NCBI GenBank assembly: GCA_964035545.1
Contig: OZ037766.1
Span: forward strand, 28,317,673 to 28,381,672
Length of the DNA: 64,000 nt
Origin: Bugula neritina
Lineage: Eukaryota; Animalia; Bryozoa
Reading direction: 5' to 3'
In this document: piece after piece, positions 17,923 to 31,771 of the stretch
Layout of the letters: every line of letters begins with the position of its first letter
How positions within the stretch are numbered: the stretch's first letter is position 1
The notes under the pieces: model-generated
The model's database searches: none
What the model saw: the letters and a program-made list of their open reading frames with translations, nothing else
Told to the model about the DNA's origin: nothing
Translations under genes and position numbers: made by a program

Positions 17923-18034
17923 CAAACGATTTGGACATTCCACAAACTAAATAAAAGAAGCTGGTTCCACCTAAAATTCTCATTGGTGTTATTGCAAAAT
18001 CAGTGCTAATATAACTACCCTTCTGTATGAATTA

Positions 18035-21000
18035 TCACCCATCTGCAATAGTAACATTTTCCACATAGGCGATAGGTTGGGCTGCACTTCCTTTAGTCTT
18101 CACTCTAGGTGTTGGCATAGGTAATTTGTTTGGAGTTCTGTGCAAGCCCACTGATTGATTGATGTTTCTAATATTGTTCGTGTTGACATACAACTCATAT
18201 GATGATGTATTTGTGTCACCACTAGTTGTAGGGTTATTTAAAACCGGTTCTTCAGTGTTTATACTCTCTATGGATGTTCTATAAGTTAGTATTGGTTGTT
18301 CATATTGAAGATCATAGCCTGGTGGAGAAATGGTTGTAGTGTTGGCCATCGTCTGAGAAACTGTAGGATTAATCGCAGGTGCTCTGTGTTGAGGAGGAAT
18401 AGAAGGATTGTGAGATGAAAATGTAGAATTATTCTGTTGTCGTGATGTGTACATATTGTCTGTAGACCGTCTGTTCAGCACGTCTCTACTGATGATCTCT
18501 CCTGATTGTTTTCGTTTATTTCTCTTATGTTCTAAATCTAAAAATAAACATTAGCATTTTTAACTAATTTCGAGTCACTCAAAGTTTTGAATGTAACCAA
18601 CAAAGTTTCCAGTACCTATATAAAATTTTTTTTGTATTTTTTACCCTTTTTACTGTGTAATTGAGAAGCACAATAATTAAAATTCAAACAAGCCATAAGA
18701 ATTATTTTCTAACGTTCTTCCGGTATTCAAATAACTTAACTTTTTGTCACTATATAATAAATACCACGGCAATTAATGCAATATTAGCCTATAATATAAT
18801 ATAACATAAATTATATTATATACTAGAGTCTAGACCTTAATATACCTACACCATGTTATTTAAGTGATTTATAATTAACAATAGTATTATTATATTATGT
18901 TGCATTATATAATGCGTTATATTCGCTCATTAACTATATTCTTCTCTTTACTTAGAGATTATTGTTGCATGTTGCAAGTATGATATTCCTGAGCTGCTAT
19001 TAATTAAAACAACCATAACGTTTTACTTAAAGAAAAAATAGCGTATATTAAAAAGTTGGATTGCAAGTCTTTTGCAAAATAATATATTTGAATTTACCTA
19101 AATCAGTGCCACGGCTGTGCTTATTCTTCAGTGAATAGCAAAGGCAACCAATAAAAACTGCAAGGATGACAACTCCACAAGGAGCTAGTATATATAAGGA
19201 CAGAAGTGGGTCCTGTGTTATAGGTCTGTCTGTAGTCTGTCCAATGGTTGTAGTTGTAGCACACTCTCCATACAGTGCTGTAAGTAAGTATATGTATATA
19301 CATAGTATCCTTATTAACGTACGCCGATATAGATCATTTCTGCATGATTATAAAAAATATAAAATATATCTTAACATATTATTTTAGATCAACAAAGTAA
19401 ATGTTTGTATAACTCATAAATGTATGTAAACAACTTTGGAAGAATAAAATTTTGAAAATTTCAATGCAGCATTTTCTAAGTTAATAAAAATTTTGAGCCC
19501 ACAGTCATTTTTCTTAAATTAAAAATGTAATTATTGTAACCATTGACAATTTACTACTATAAGTTGAAAGCAAATTCTTTACAAATATTTTTCTTAATTG
19601 ATTGGCCATATTTTGTAGGAAATTGTAATCAATTATTCATTTTATTTTGACAAATTAAAGTTAACACTGCTGTTTATTTAGGTATTGTTAATGTTAGATT
19701 TTCATTCGATTAAACAGGAAACATTTATTGGCTATTGAACCGTGTTAATATTGACTATATTTAGAGCAAAATCCCGGTTTATGTCATTGGCTATAAAAAC
19801 TGCCCATCATATAAGCTAGATCAGCCTATATCAATGCTTTTATGTCTATGCAGTAATATTTTTGTAGTGTTTTTCTTTTTTGAACTTATAAACCTAGTTT
19901 ACTGAATTTCATGTCAAAACAAAACCATTCCCAGAAATTCGACAGCCACTCAACATTAAGCTTCTTTAGCAAATGTCAGGTGTTACAGGTGTAGGAAAGT
20001 GCACGATGTCATATACAATGATATTGCATCAATATGAAATGACAAACCAACACCACATGACATTTAATGTACCATAAATAAGTGCATAAGTTGTCGCAAT
20101 AACTTGGCTAATATATTTCATCTTGAAATTGCACACACTGTAGAACTAAAGCAGGTGCAAAGGAACTCTTTTATAGTAAAAGATATTTGCCTCCAAGCTA
20201 AACCAATTCTATAAAAATCTCCATTTTGGTCAGTGAATTAGATTTTATTAAAGTTAGGGAAGCACTTACTTATATTTTTTTATCAAAAACCTTGACAACG
20301 AATTAATATTAAACAGTTTTTATCTACTCACTACTGCATCCACATTTGGGTTCTTGTTTAGCCAGAAAAGCAAGAACATCTTTACTGTTAACCCATGCAC
20401 AGGAAAGATGGCCGAAGAAATGCATCCTGGCGTAGTCTGCACATTGCAGTTGCTCGTAGTCAAAGCCAACTCTCCTCTGTCGACCAATCAGACACCCATC
20501 CTCGTATTTATCCTGCCAAGCCTTCACACACTCCGTAGCACAGTCATAGTCGGTTGTGCAGTTTCTAAAGTCTGGATCTGTAAAACATGCTATAGCTTTG
20601 AATAATTGCTCAATATTTTAGTATTTAGCATTTAAGAAAATTATGATAATAAGACAGATATTCTTGCTGTAGAATTTCTAAGTAGGCACCATGTTTGAAG
20701 AGAACATAAAACACGTACTTGAATACTTTTTAGAGAACATCTTTTATCGCATTTTATGTGGATATTGCTTTAGCATCAAATACCTGAGACAAAATTTTTA
20801 CAATCTTCAAAAAAACTGTTGGAAATTCTGTATGGCCCACAAAATTCCATGTTTTTTATGTGATCTGTTACACAGCCTTCTTCAGGGCGAATCTAAAACA
20901 AATCAATTACATATTGAAGTCTGTTTCATCAATGTGCTCTATTCTATACTATTGAATGTGTAGACATGACAGTCACAGGCAATAACTTAAAAATTCAGAC

Positions 21001-22074
21001 TACATGATAGATTAAAATATATTTCGCACACACATAAATACAAACACATGCACACACACATATAACACACACACGCATGCACATACAACACACACACGCA
21101 CACACACAGACAGACACACGCACGCACGCACACATGCACACACGCACGCACGAGCACACACACATTATATTATAAGCTATATAAGTTTCATACCTGGGCT
21201 AAACAGTTTAAACAGATCTGTGAGGCGCGACCAGAAACTGAAAGCAATAACAATATTTTTATGACATGTGTGTTAGCACAGGACAGTCAAACTTATTTAA
21301 ATACTATTTTTACAGGTGTATTAATTTAAAGCTATTAGAATTATTTTAAAGTATTTTGAAATTATACAAACCAGAGCTGAAATTGCCTCTGCTGAATATG
21401 CCATGTCTCAAACACTGCGGAAAATTGTATTTCTTGCTTTTGAGAACTTTTTTAGATTATTATTATTAGATATGTATTGGTGAGTCATTATTTGTTGCAA
21501 AATAAATGCTTTTGGTTTATCAGAACTTATATATCACCATACTTTTATATAATGGTATGTCAGTATATGATCAAGCAAAGACAAAATGAAATTGTTTGGA
21601 CAGAATTATGTAAATAATAATTGATGAATACATGTAATTAAATTAAAAACGGCATCAGATATCCAAAGTTAATAGTGAATCAGTTTGTTCGAAGATTCTA
21701 TGAATTATATATTTTTTCATTAGATAGTAAGAAAATATCTCTAATAAAATTGTTTGTAGATACAGAAATTAATTTTTATTGGTACTTTCGCAGCAAACCA
21801 CGAATATTGTTTAATATAGAGCTACTAGTTATTTATGTTTCTCCTGTTTAAGCATAAATGGGTATAAATATAACAACGTGTAAAAACATTGATAATATTT
21901 TACATATTTATGCTACTCCAAAATTATTGAGATATGGTGTGATAATTCAAACAACAAATTTTGTTCTGATATTATATAGTGTTTGCACTCATAGCAATTG
22001 TTATTTCTATAAATACCTTTTGGAAAGTTTATGGCAAATAATAATAATCCAATATAAACTTTGATCACCTCCAT
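18035..22074 (-). CDS. Membrane-anchored i-type lysozyme-like receptor, copy B (~379 aa, 6 exons)
   Basis: Exons 22017-22074 (MEVIKVYIGLLLFAINFPK), 21194-21237 (VSGRASQICLNCLAQ), 20784-20892 (IRPEEGCVTDHIKNMEFCGPYRISNSFFEDC), 20332-20577, 19098-19277 (TM), 18035-18537 (tail ending TIADG*). GT-AG, phases identical to copy A. Confidence 0.85.
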
Positions 22075-23261
22075 GCTTTCTATTTTGTTCTAAGAAGTTT
22101 TATATAATACCAGTTATTATGTTATAGTAAATAGGCATTCACTATTGGAGATGGTTGCTTAAGTTATGTCTGTGTGGAGATTGCAGTGTGTATTATACTT
22201 GAGTTGATTGAGGAACAGGAAGAAATGTACCTTTCAGATACAAGTGATAAATGAGACAAACCATCAGCCAATCACCATCTAATATAACATATTTTTATAT
22301 ATTAACTGAACTTCTGTTTACAACATATAAAATGACACATTTATTTGCTGGAAATAACCATGGAAACAATGAATAGAAACAAATATAAGTAATGAATTCT
22401 ACTAGTAATGTACAAAGTATTGTGATTTATGTTACTTTAAACTGTAATCATGACCAACAGTTAGCGTTTTAGTCTGCATTTTGTTATATAAGGGCATGAC
22501 TCATTCAATATTTATCAATAAAAATGTAAAGATACAAATTGTCATCAGATTATTGCTGTTTGCCAATCACACAGCTTAAACTCTTTACCATCTAACAGCA
22601 ACACTAAGAGAACGTACAACTGCAAAGACTGATTCATCTGCCCCTCATGGAGAAACTTATATTATAATACTGTTTACCAGGCTCTTGTGAAATCCTCAGG
22701 CAACACCCACACTGGGCATATGTGAAACAGAGTTTCAAAGAATATATAATTATATTTAAACTAGTTCTATAAATTGTGTATAAAAATTTCACCAAACTAA
22801 ATAACCATAGCTCAAGGTATAATTAAGCTATGGTGTCATATATGAAAGATCATCAGCCAAGCCACATTGGTGATAGGTGAACATTTAAAACGTACAACTT
22901 GTGCATTATAGAAATATATCATATTATGCACAACCTATTGGTAGCATAATAAAACGCTGGATCAGAATTACCGTCTACATGCAGACACAACTCTTAAGTA
23001 TTATCTAAATTGCTACTATAATGCATAATATTCAGCCGGGCTATATTTTACAACAGCATATAATAGAATATGTTAATTGTAATTCAATAAAATTTTCTAT
23101 TTTTGAATTCGTGTACATTACGTTTTCTATAACGAGTATATCATATAGTTGCTCCATAAATCACCTGACAAGTGGCATGAATTTTTCCCTATAAACATCT
23201 TTTTTAGTGAATCATTTAAAATCAATACTGCAGTCATTTCAAACTATACAATAACATGTAT

Positions 23262-23274
23262 ACACACACACACA

Positions 23275-23357
<83 letters not shown>

Positions 23358-23367
23358 GCGCGCGCGA
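23262..23367. repeat. (CA)n/(GCAC)n microsatellite
   Basis: Tandem CA then GCAC. Related tracts at ~21030-21163, 28156-28187 and 30382-30446. Confidence 0.95.
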
Positions 23368-23922
23368 ATAGATGTGTGATATTATGAGTATAGTAGTGAG
23401 GTATTATGACTATTATGAAATTCTAGGGTAAAAGTACAAAAAGTGGTTAAAACCAACATTTATACTATTTTCATTCAAACTCACAAAAATGATAATATGA
23501 TTGTGTGCTATCAGAATGATGGCATTTTACATAATTTTCTTACAGGAGTTTAACTCTTGCTGTTGTAAAATATATTATACAGCAACTGATTAAATTATTG
23601 TCCATCTTTTAGAAAATATTTTGAGCCTTATCACCTAAAATTTTGTCAGTATTCTGCTAACAAAACATCATTGGATATATAGTTGAAAATAAATTTGTTA
23701 CATACATGTTAACAATTCATCATAATCATACTGTAAACGCAGTAATAATATTGCTCTTATAGCTATTTCAAATACATTTTGAATGTTGACAGCAAGCGAC
23801 TTGGCGATTCAACAAACTAAATAGAAGAAGCTGGTTCAACCTGAAATTCTCATTCATGTTACAAACGTCGCTGTCAAATGTTGCAAATCAGTACTACTAC
23901 AACTATTCTTTTGTAAAAATTA

Positions 23923-26900
23923 TCATGCAGTGTATCCATCTACAATAGTGACATTTGACACATAGGTGATGGGTGGAGTTGCATTTTCCTTAGAAATCTC
24001 TCTGGGTGCCGGTATAGGAGATTTGTTTGGAGTTCTGTGCAAGCCCACTGATTGGCTGATGTTTCCAACGTTGTTTGTGTTGACATACAATCCATCTGAT
24101 GCTGTATTTGTGTCAGCAGCTGCTTTTATTTCACTTGTAGCCAACTCTTCCTTGTCCAAAGTCTCCACGGATATTTTATGATATGGAATGGGTTGTTCGT
24201 AATGAAGATCATAGTCTGGTGAAATAATGGTTGTAGTGTTGGCCGTAGTCTGAGAAACTGTAGGATTAACCACAGGTGCTCTGTGTGGAGGAGGAATAGA
24301 AAGATTATGAGATGGAATTGTAGAAATACGGAGTTGCTCTCGACGTGATGTGTACATATTGTCTGTAGATCGCCTGTTCAGCATCTCTCTACTGATGATC
24401 TTACCTGACTGTTTTTGTTTATTTCCCCCATGATGTTCTAAATCTAAAAATAAATATCAACAATCAAAAACTAATTTGGAATCACTCAAGACATGAATTG
24501 TAGCGATTGAAGTTTCCACTATGGAAAATTTCAAATTTAACTCTCTATGCTGTGTAATTTGAAAGCAAAGTAATAGAAACTTCAGACTAGCAATACATTT
24601 TATTTTTTAATTCTTCTCTAGGTATCAAAACAATATAACTTTCTGTTGGTATAAATAAATACTATAGCATTGCATTTTTTAGCCAGAGTAAATATTAGTG
24701 GTGGCTCATTCTGTAAAAAGTTGAATATATATCCTACATGGGCTGATCTTGTATTGTTTTTAGTTTGTAAAATTTAGCAATTGCCATTGTAATGTTAGAC
24801 GTTTTTTACTTAATTTGTATGGAAAACGCAATAGTTGACTAATATTTGTCTTTATAGTACCGGTCAAAGTTAAATGTGCAAGATGGCAGCTGTGTAAATT
24901 AATTAATTTAAGAATGTTTAACTTAATTTTATTTTGTTGTCAGGATGATTGACTTCACAATAAATTAACACTGCATTGTGCAGTACATACCATCACTTAG
25001 TCACCATAACCTGCCATTTTGCATCCTGACAATTCTATAATTTTAGCTGGTGAAAGTATTCTTTGCATACAATAAAAACATTTTCTAATTAAAAACTGAC
25101 TTGACTTTTTTTGCAAAAAATATGATTTCAGCATTTAAAGCTGACTGAGATTGGCGATATAGGGTTTGTTCTCAAAAATTTCAAATATTGTGTGGTAAAC
25201 AGAACTTAATAACTGTATTTCTCTAAAATTTTTGTCAAACAATAAGTACATAATATGGAAGTTTTAATTTAGCGGCAACAGCAGGTAATCTGGGTAAAGC
25301 AGCAAGTAGTATGAGTAAGGCAGCAGGTAATATAGATAGGTAGTCAGTTTACTAGCTATTGGATACTAAATAATACTATATATTATGTTCACCTTATGAT
25401 GTTGTTAGTGTTGAAACTACTCAGGCAAATGCTATTTATTATTTCAACATCATATTCTCAGCACTAACCAAATTTATTGATGTTGAAAACGTATAAATGT
25501 GCATGAAACCAAGTTTGAAAAATTGATTTATGTAGCACTAAAAAGCCAAAAAAAAATAAAAACTAAAATTAGCTAGAAAAGGTACAAAAGATAAAGTTTT
25601 TTTATAATTCTTCTCTCAACACTAAGCTTTTGCTTATAACTGGCTAGTTTTAGTTTAGTTTTAGCTGCAAACAATGCATCTATCCCTCATCAAATAGTAA
25701 TGCATTTGATAAAAGTAAAACCGACAATAATTGAGACGAAGGTTAATTTTGGCCGCATCACTAATTTTTATTGCATAAGTTTTTATTATTTTTCATTTAG
25801 GATAACTTACAGCTTTATAAAATACAATATATTATGCTATATAATATTTAATCTGTTATATAATCTTTTATATAATTTTTGTATTTTTAAAATATAATAA
25901 ATGATATATCATGCAATATAACATATGTTATATTGTATAATAGATCATACGATGCAATATGTTATATAATTTATAGTTTACAATTATGATACTATGTTAC
26001 ATTGTATAATAATGTGTTACATTTATAGGCACTAATAATGTATTGCATTTAAGCACTATAATTATATAAGGTAAATATTATCATTGCATGTTACTAACTT
26101 AATATAAAATATATAATTAATAGAAATAACCAAAACTTTTTTTTACTAAATTAAAACGTACACTAAACAATTGAGCTATCTTAAGCAAAACAATATGTTT
26201 ACAATTACCTGAATCAGCGCCACGGGTGTGCTTATTCTTCAGTAAATAACAAAGGCAACCAATAAAAACTGCAAGGAGGACAACTCCACATGGAGCTAGT
26301 ATATATAAGGATAGAAGTGGGTCCTGTGTTATAGGTCTGTTTGTAGTCTGTCCAATGGTTGTAGTTGTATCACACTCTCCATACAGTGCTGTAAGTAAGT
26401 ATATGTATATACATAGTATCCTTATTAACATATACGCTAATATACATACTGTATTCCTGTATAATTATAAGACAAATTAAAACATTGAAATTTTAACAAA
26501 TTTCAAATAAACTAAGCAGTTGTGTAACTTATAAGTATGTCTAAACGATTTTGGAATAATGAAATTTTGAAGATATTGCAAAAGTTTCTTATTTAATAAA
26601 AAATTTGGGCCCACAGTAATTTTTCTTCAAATTAAAATGTAATTTGTGTAACTATTGACAATTTACTATATACTACTACTGAAACAGATGTTTCATAATT
26701 TTAGTTTTCTCTAGTCATGCTTTGTAGGAAGTTGTAATCAATTCATCATTGTATTTTGACAAATCAAAGTAAACACTGTTGTTTATTTATAAGTGTTGTT
26801 AATGTTTGATTTTCATTCGATCAAACAAAAATAGCTATATATAGACCATTGAGCTATATATTAGTACTGACTATTTATATCAAAATCATTGTTTATGTTA

Positions 26901-29463
26901 TTGATAGCTTGAGCCTATCAATGATTTTATGTCTATATGCAGTCAATATTTTTGTCGTGTTGTTTTTAAATTCATGAACCTAATTCGTTGAATTTTGTGT
27001 CAAAACAGAAGTACTTGCAAAAATTCAACAGCCAATCATCATTAAGCTTCCTTACCAAGTATATATTATTTTGTATACAAATCATGCAGGTGTAGGAAAG
27101 TGCACAATGTCATATACAATTATATTGCATCACTATGAAATGACAAACTAAAACCACATGGATTTAAATGTAACATGAATATCTGCATAAATTATTACAA
27201 TAACTTGTCTAATAAATTTCCTCATGACATTGAACGCGTTATCAAACTAACCAGGCAGGTGCAAAACAACTTGATTCTAGCAAAAGATTGCACCGTGAAA
27301 AGATGTCTGTCTACAAGCTGAACCGATTATATACAAATCTCAATTTTTAATCAGTGAATTTGACTTTGATATTAAAAAGAAGATAGTGCACTTGCATATA
27401 TTATTCATCTAACAAAAATCTTGGCAAATGGGTTAATATTAAACTTTAGTTTTTGTTTACTTACTTTTGCATCCACATTTGGGTTCTTGTTTAGCTAGAA
27501 AGGTAAAAATAGCTTCACTGTTAACCCAGGCACAGGAAAGATGGCCGAACCCATGCATCCTGGCATAGTCTGCACATTGCAGTTGCTCGTAATCGAAGCC
27601 AACTCTCCTCTGTCGACCAATCAGACAGCCATCCTCATATTTATCCTGCCAAGCTTTCACACACTCCGTAGCACAGTCATAGTCAGTTGTGCAGTTTCTA
27701 AAGTCTGGATCTGAAAAATATGCTGTAGCTCTGAATAATTGCTCAATATTTTAGTATTTAGCATTTAGGAAAATTATAATAATAAAATAAAGCTTGCTTT
27801 GCAGAATTATTAAGCAGGCGTCATGTCTAAAAGGAATATACTCAGATAATTTCAGATAACAATTGTTATTACGTTTTATGTAGATATTGCTTTAGCATCA
27901 AATACCTGAAACAAAACCTTTGCAATCTTCGAAAAAACGGTTGGAAATTCTGTATGGCCCACAAAATTCCATATCTTTTATATAATCTTTTACACAGCCA
28001 TCTTCAGGGCGAATCTAAAACAGAGAGTGTAAATCACTTACATATTATTATGCTTCTTCAACATGCTCTGTTCTATACTATTTGTAAGCATGAAAGTCAC
28101 TGTTAATATAAGCTAAAAAGTCAAACTACATAATATATAGAATAGAATACATTTTGCACGCACGCACTCACGCACGCACGCATGCACGAACATTATATTA
28201 TAAGCTATATAAGTATCATACCTGGGCTAAACAGTTTAAACAGATCTGTGAGGCGTGACCAGAAACTGAAAACAATAACAATATTTTTATGACATGTGTG
28301 TGTTAGCGCAAGACAGTAAAATTTATTTAAATACTGTTTTTACAGGTGTTTTAATTTAAAGCTACATTAGAATTGTTTTAAACATGTCTCAAACACTGCG
28401 GAAAATTGCATTTCTTGGTTTTGGTAAGTTCTTTAGATAATTAATATTAAATATGTATTGGTGAGTCATTATTTGTTGCAAAATAAATGCTTTTAGTTCA
28501 TGAGAACTTATAAATCACCATAGTATATATTAGAGAGATAGGTTTATATCAGTATATATACTTGTGTATAATAGTAAGTCATTCTGATCACACAAACACA
28601 CTTTAGAATTGTTTAGACAAAATTATGTAAATAATATTGGACATAAATATGTGCAATTATTATAATAACAGTATCAGTTTTCTGAAGCTCCTATAAGTGA
28701 AACAGTTTGTTAAAAAATTTATGAGTTACACATTTTGTCATTAAATAGTTGAAAAGACTCTAACTAGAGAGATATAGTTAACCAATACAAAAGTGCTTAT
28801 ATTTTAATAAAACTTAAATATCGTATATTATACTACTCCTGGGTATACAACATGCATAGATATAACTCTTAGCTATCATTTAAGTTTACAAGTTTATTCA
28901 GTTTAAAACATTTTCATTGTATTCTATAATACTGATAAGATAGTAACAGCAAGCATAATAATGTGAATATTATTGACAGTGGTAAGATATATTAATTATA
29001 AATCAATCTGATTCTAGAAGTGCTAATCGTATCGGTATGAAGATTATGCCTAAACAAGTTATTGCAATAAATTGCAATACTATGCATAGTATTGCAATTT
29101 ATTGCAATAACTTGTTTAGGCATAATCTTCATACGAATACAATGTATAAGCTAAAGTTAAAAAAACTAGAAAAAATTTTTAAGCGTTTTCATAAATTATC
29201 AAACCATAGTTGAATAAAATTTTCAATTAGGGCTGCTATAATTTGTCATAGTTTTCAATTCATTTTAAACACAAGTTTGATAAAACATTTAATGACATCA
29301 ATAATATTGTATATATGTATGTCGCTCAACAATAATTAGAATAATAAACAACAATTTATCATAATAATTTATTTTTATAGTATTGGCTGTTCTCTATATA
29401 AATACCTTTCACAAAGTTAACGGCAAATATTAATAATCTGATACGAACTTTCGTCAACTCCAT
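23923..29463 (-). CDS. Membrane-anchored i-type lysozyme-like receptor, copy C (~385 aa, 6 exons)
   Basis: Exons 29406-29463 (MELTKVRIRLLIFAVNFVK), 28222-28265 (VSGHASQICLNCLAQ), 27906-28014 (IRPEDGCVKDYIKDMEFCGPYRISNRFFEDC), 27465-27710, 26209-26388 (TM), 23923-24443 (tail ending DGYTA*). GT-AG; exons 1-5 are 58/44/109/246/180 nt, as in copy B. Confidence 0.85.
29035..29134. repeat. Perfect 100-bp spacerless palindrome
   Basis: gtatgaagattatgcctaaacaagttattgcaataaattgcaatactatg is followed immediately by its exact reverse complement; in intron 1 of copy C. Confidence 0.95.
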
Positions 29464-30709
29464 GTCCTCTAAAATGTTTCTAATACTTTTGTATATACTC
29501 TGCAATATGATGTTTGCAAATAAACATTCACTATTAGCGATGTTTGTCTAAGTTATGTCTGTGTGGAGAGTGCGGTGTGTATTATACTCGAGTTGAGGAA
29601 CATGAGGAAATGCACCTCTCAAATATAAATGATAGATGAGACAAACCAACAACCAATTACCATTTAATATAACATTTTACATTATCGGAATATTTTTTAT
29701 GATATATTAGATGACATTTTTATTTGTTTGAGATAACCATAGAAACAAAGAATAGAAACAGATAGTTTTAAAGTCTACTAGTAATACAAAAAATACCGTA
29801 AGTTAGATTACTTGCCTGTAATTATGACCATAAGTTGGAGTTTCGTCTGCATCTGGTATGACTCATTCAATATTAATCAACAATAAGTAAAAGTACTGAT
29901 GTTCTTACTTTATTGTTGTTTGCCAACCAAGCAGCGAACTGTCTACCATCTACCAGCAACGCCAAGAAAAGTTGTAGCTGCAGACACTAATCTATCTGGG
30001 CACCGCCGTTTCCCAATAGAAATGCGTATATTTTAGCATTATATTTAGGAAGCTACTGTGAAAATCCTCAGACAGCCCCCACACTTGGCATATGTGAAAC
30101 AGAGTTTAAAAGAATATATATAACCAAACAAGCTCATTCAAACGTAGTATAAGTATAAACATTTCACCAAACTAAATAAGCATAATTTAAGGACAAAGGT
30201 ATAAGCTTGACTACACATAGCCATGCCATGACTCATATGCCAACAGCTCAAACAATGTAACTTGCAAACTATAAAAGAATCTTCTAATATAATGTGCAAT
30301 CCTAGCATGTATAGCCTATATCATAATATAACGAGAGAATAAAAGTCAGAATAAACATCTGAATGTAAACACTGTTTTATATGTGCGCGCACGCACGCAC
30401 GCGCGCGTGCGTGCGTGCGTGTGTGCGTGTGTGCGTGCGTGTGTGTGGAAAGAATTTGCTGATTCTTGATTGACCATGAAAAATCATGTAAAAATAAAAT
30501 TTTACGCGAGTTAAACTTAATTGAAAAGTTACATAGCAAATTGTAAATAGGAATTATAAGAATTCTTCAACTCTTGTTTAGAATGCATGAACTATCAGTG
30601 AAGCCATTCCTCTCAACAATTAAATTACATCACAAAAAGCTACTGTAGTCATCACTGTTTGAATGTTTGGCTTGTTACGCAGCTGCTATCATCAAACTGC
30701 AAATCAAAG

Positions 30710-31771
30710 ATGTTTTCTAATACATGGAATATCTATTGGACAATAGCTACAGCTATTATGATGTTGGATGTTGGATATAGGAATGGATTACTCCCGATTA
30801 TATGGTGGATCATCAAACTACTATTGCCTGTTGTTGGCCAAATAATCCTTGTGGCTGTAACAATTTCTTTTGTTCTTGTGTAAGTATTAAAATTCAACTA
30901 TGTAGTCATTTCTTTGTCTGCTATATATAACCATTAGTAAGTTTTTGCACATTCACAAGTCAATTTGGGCCTATGCAATGCTTTTTTTAATAAAAACTTA
31001 AGCAAGTTTATAGTTGCCGCATCCCTGTGAGAAAACCCCAGATGAAAAAGGTTTTTTGTTAAATCGGGCTAAGGACTTATTTAGATGAGGCACCAGAGCA
31101 ATTCTGATTGTATGCTTTTCCTAAAATAACATAATTACTTTTGTCGGCTCGAACCCATGACTTGAGACAATAGCAGTAGCTACTCTTTTTTCTTCTAATG
31201 AGTGTCTAAAAAGAGAAATTTGACTCAAGAATTTATCATAAATTATAGACCTGAAATTTGGCAAAACTATATCTCAGATGACAATGGTGAAAGCATGGCA
31301 AAGGAAAAGGAAAAAACCCAAAGTGCGTCTCAATTTTCAGAAACACCTCAAAAGGAACTCTTAGAGCCCTTTTTACCCTCACAATCGCAGTGTGAAGCAG
31401 CAGCTGACGTTAAAGAAATTAAGCCAGACAAGGGTGGGATAATTTAAATCATAATATACATTACAATATAGTGTGTACATCACTTTTTGCTCAATCACTA
31501 CTCTATTACACTCTGTTTTTCCATTCAATGTATAATATAGTATGTTGTATTTATAACATATATATCTGATTATTAAATATGAATTTAGCCACTCTAGTTT
31601 CATTACTCTGATCTTCAATGCCATAACTGTTGTGGTTAACAGTGGTAAAGTATATTAATATTATTTTTAGCTGAAAAAGTTGTCTGCTCATCAGAAAACA
31701 AGATTCCCTCCATAAAAGAGAGAAAAAAAATGTTATCCAAATATCTCAACTTAAATTCTAAAATGGGCTAA
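30710..31771 (+). CDS. Orphan small membrane protein, tandem copy 1 (~151 aa)
   Basis: Exons 30710-30879, 31249-31433, 31671-31771 (phases 2,1). Hydrophobic N-terminus MFSNTWNIYWTIATAIMMLDVGYRNGLLPIIWWIIKLLLPVVGQIILVAVTISFVLV, acidic linker, C-terminus PSIKERKKMLSKYLNLNSKMG*. Frame, splice sites and stop are conserved in copies 2 and 3. Confidence 0.7.
31003..31163 (-). mobile_element. 5'-truncated copy of the tRNA-derived SINE
   Basis: Similar to 14745-14905 (aagtttatag..ccgc..gtgagaaa..gggctaagg..ttagatgaggcac..gaacccatgactt). Present only in intron 1 of copy 1, not copies 2/3. Confidence 0.75.

Noticed and set aside
30802-30879. Cys-rich alternative frame MVDHQTTIACCWPNNPCGCNNFFCSC
   Set aside because: Interrupted by a stop in copies 2 and 3, and its phase does not join the next exon in the conserved frame.
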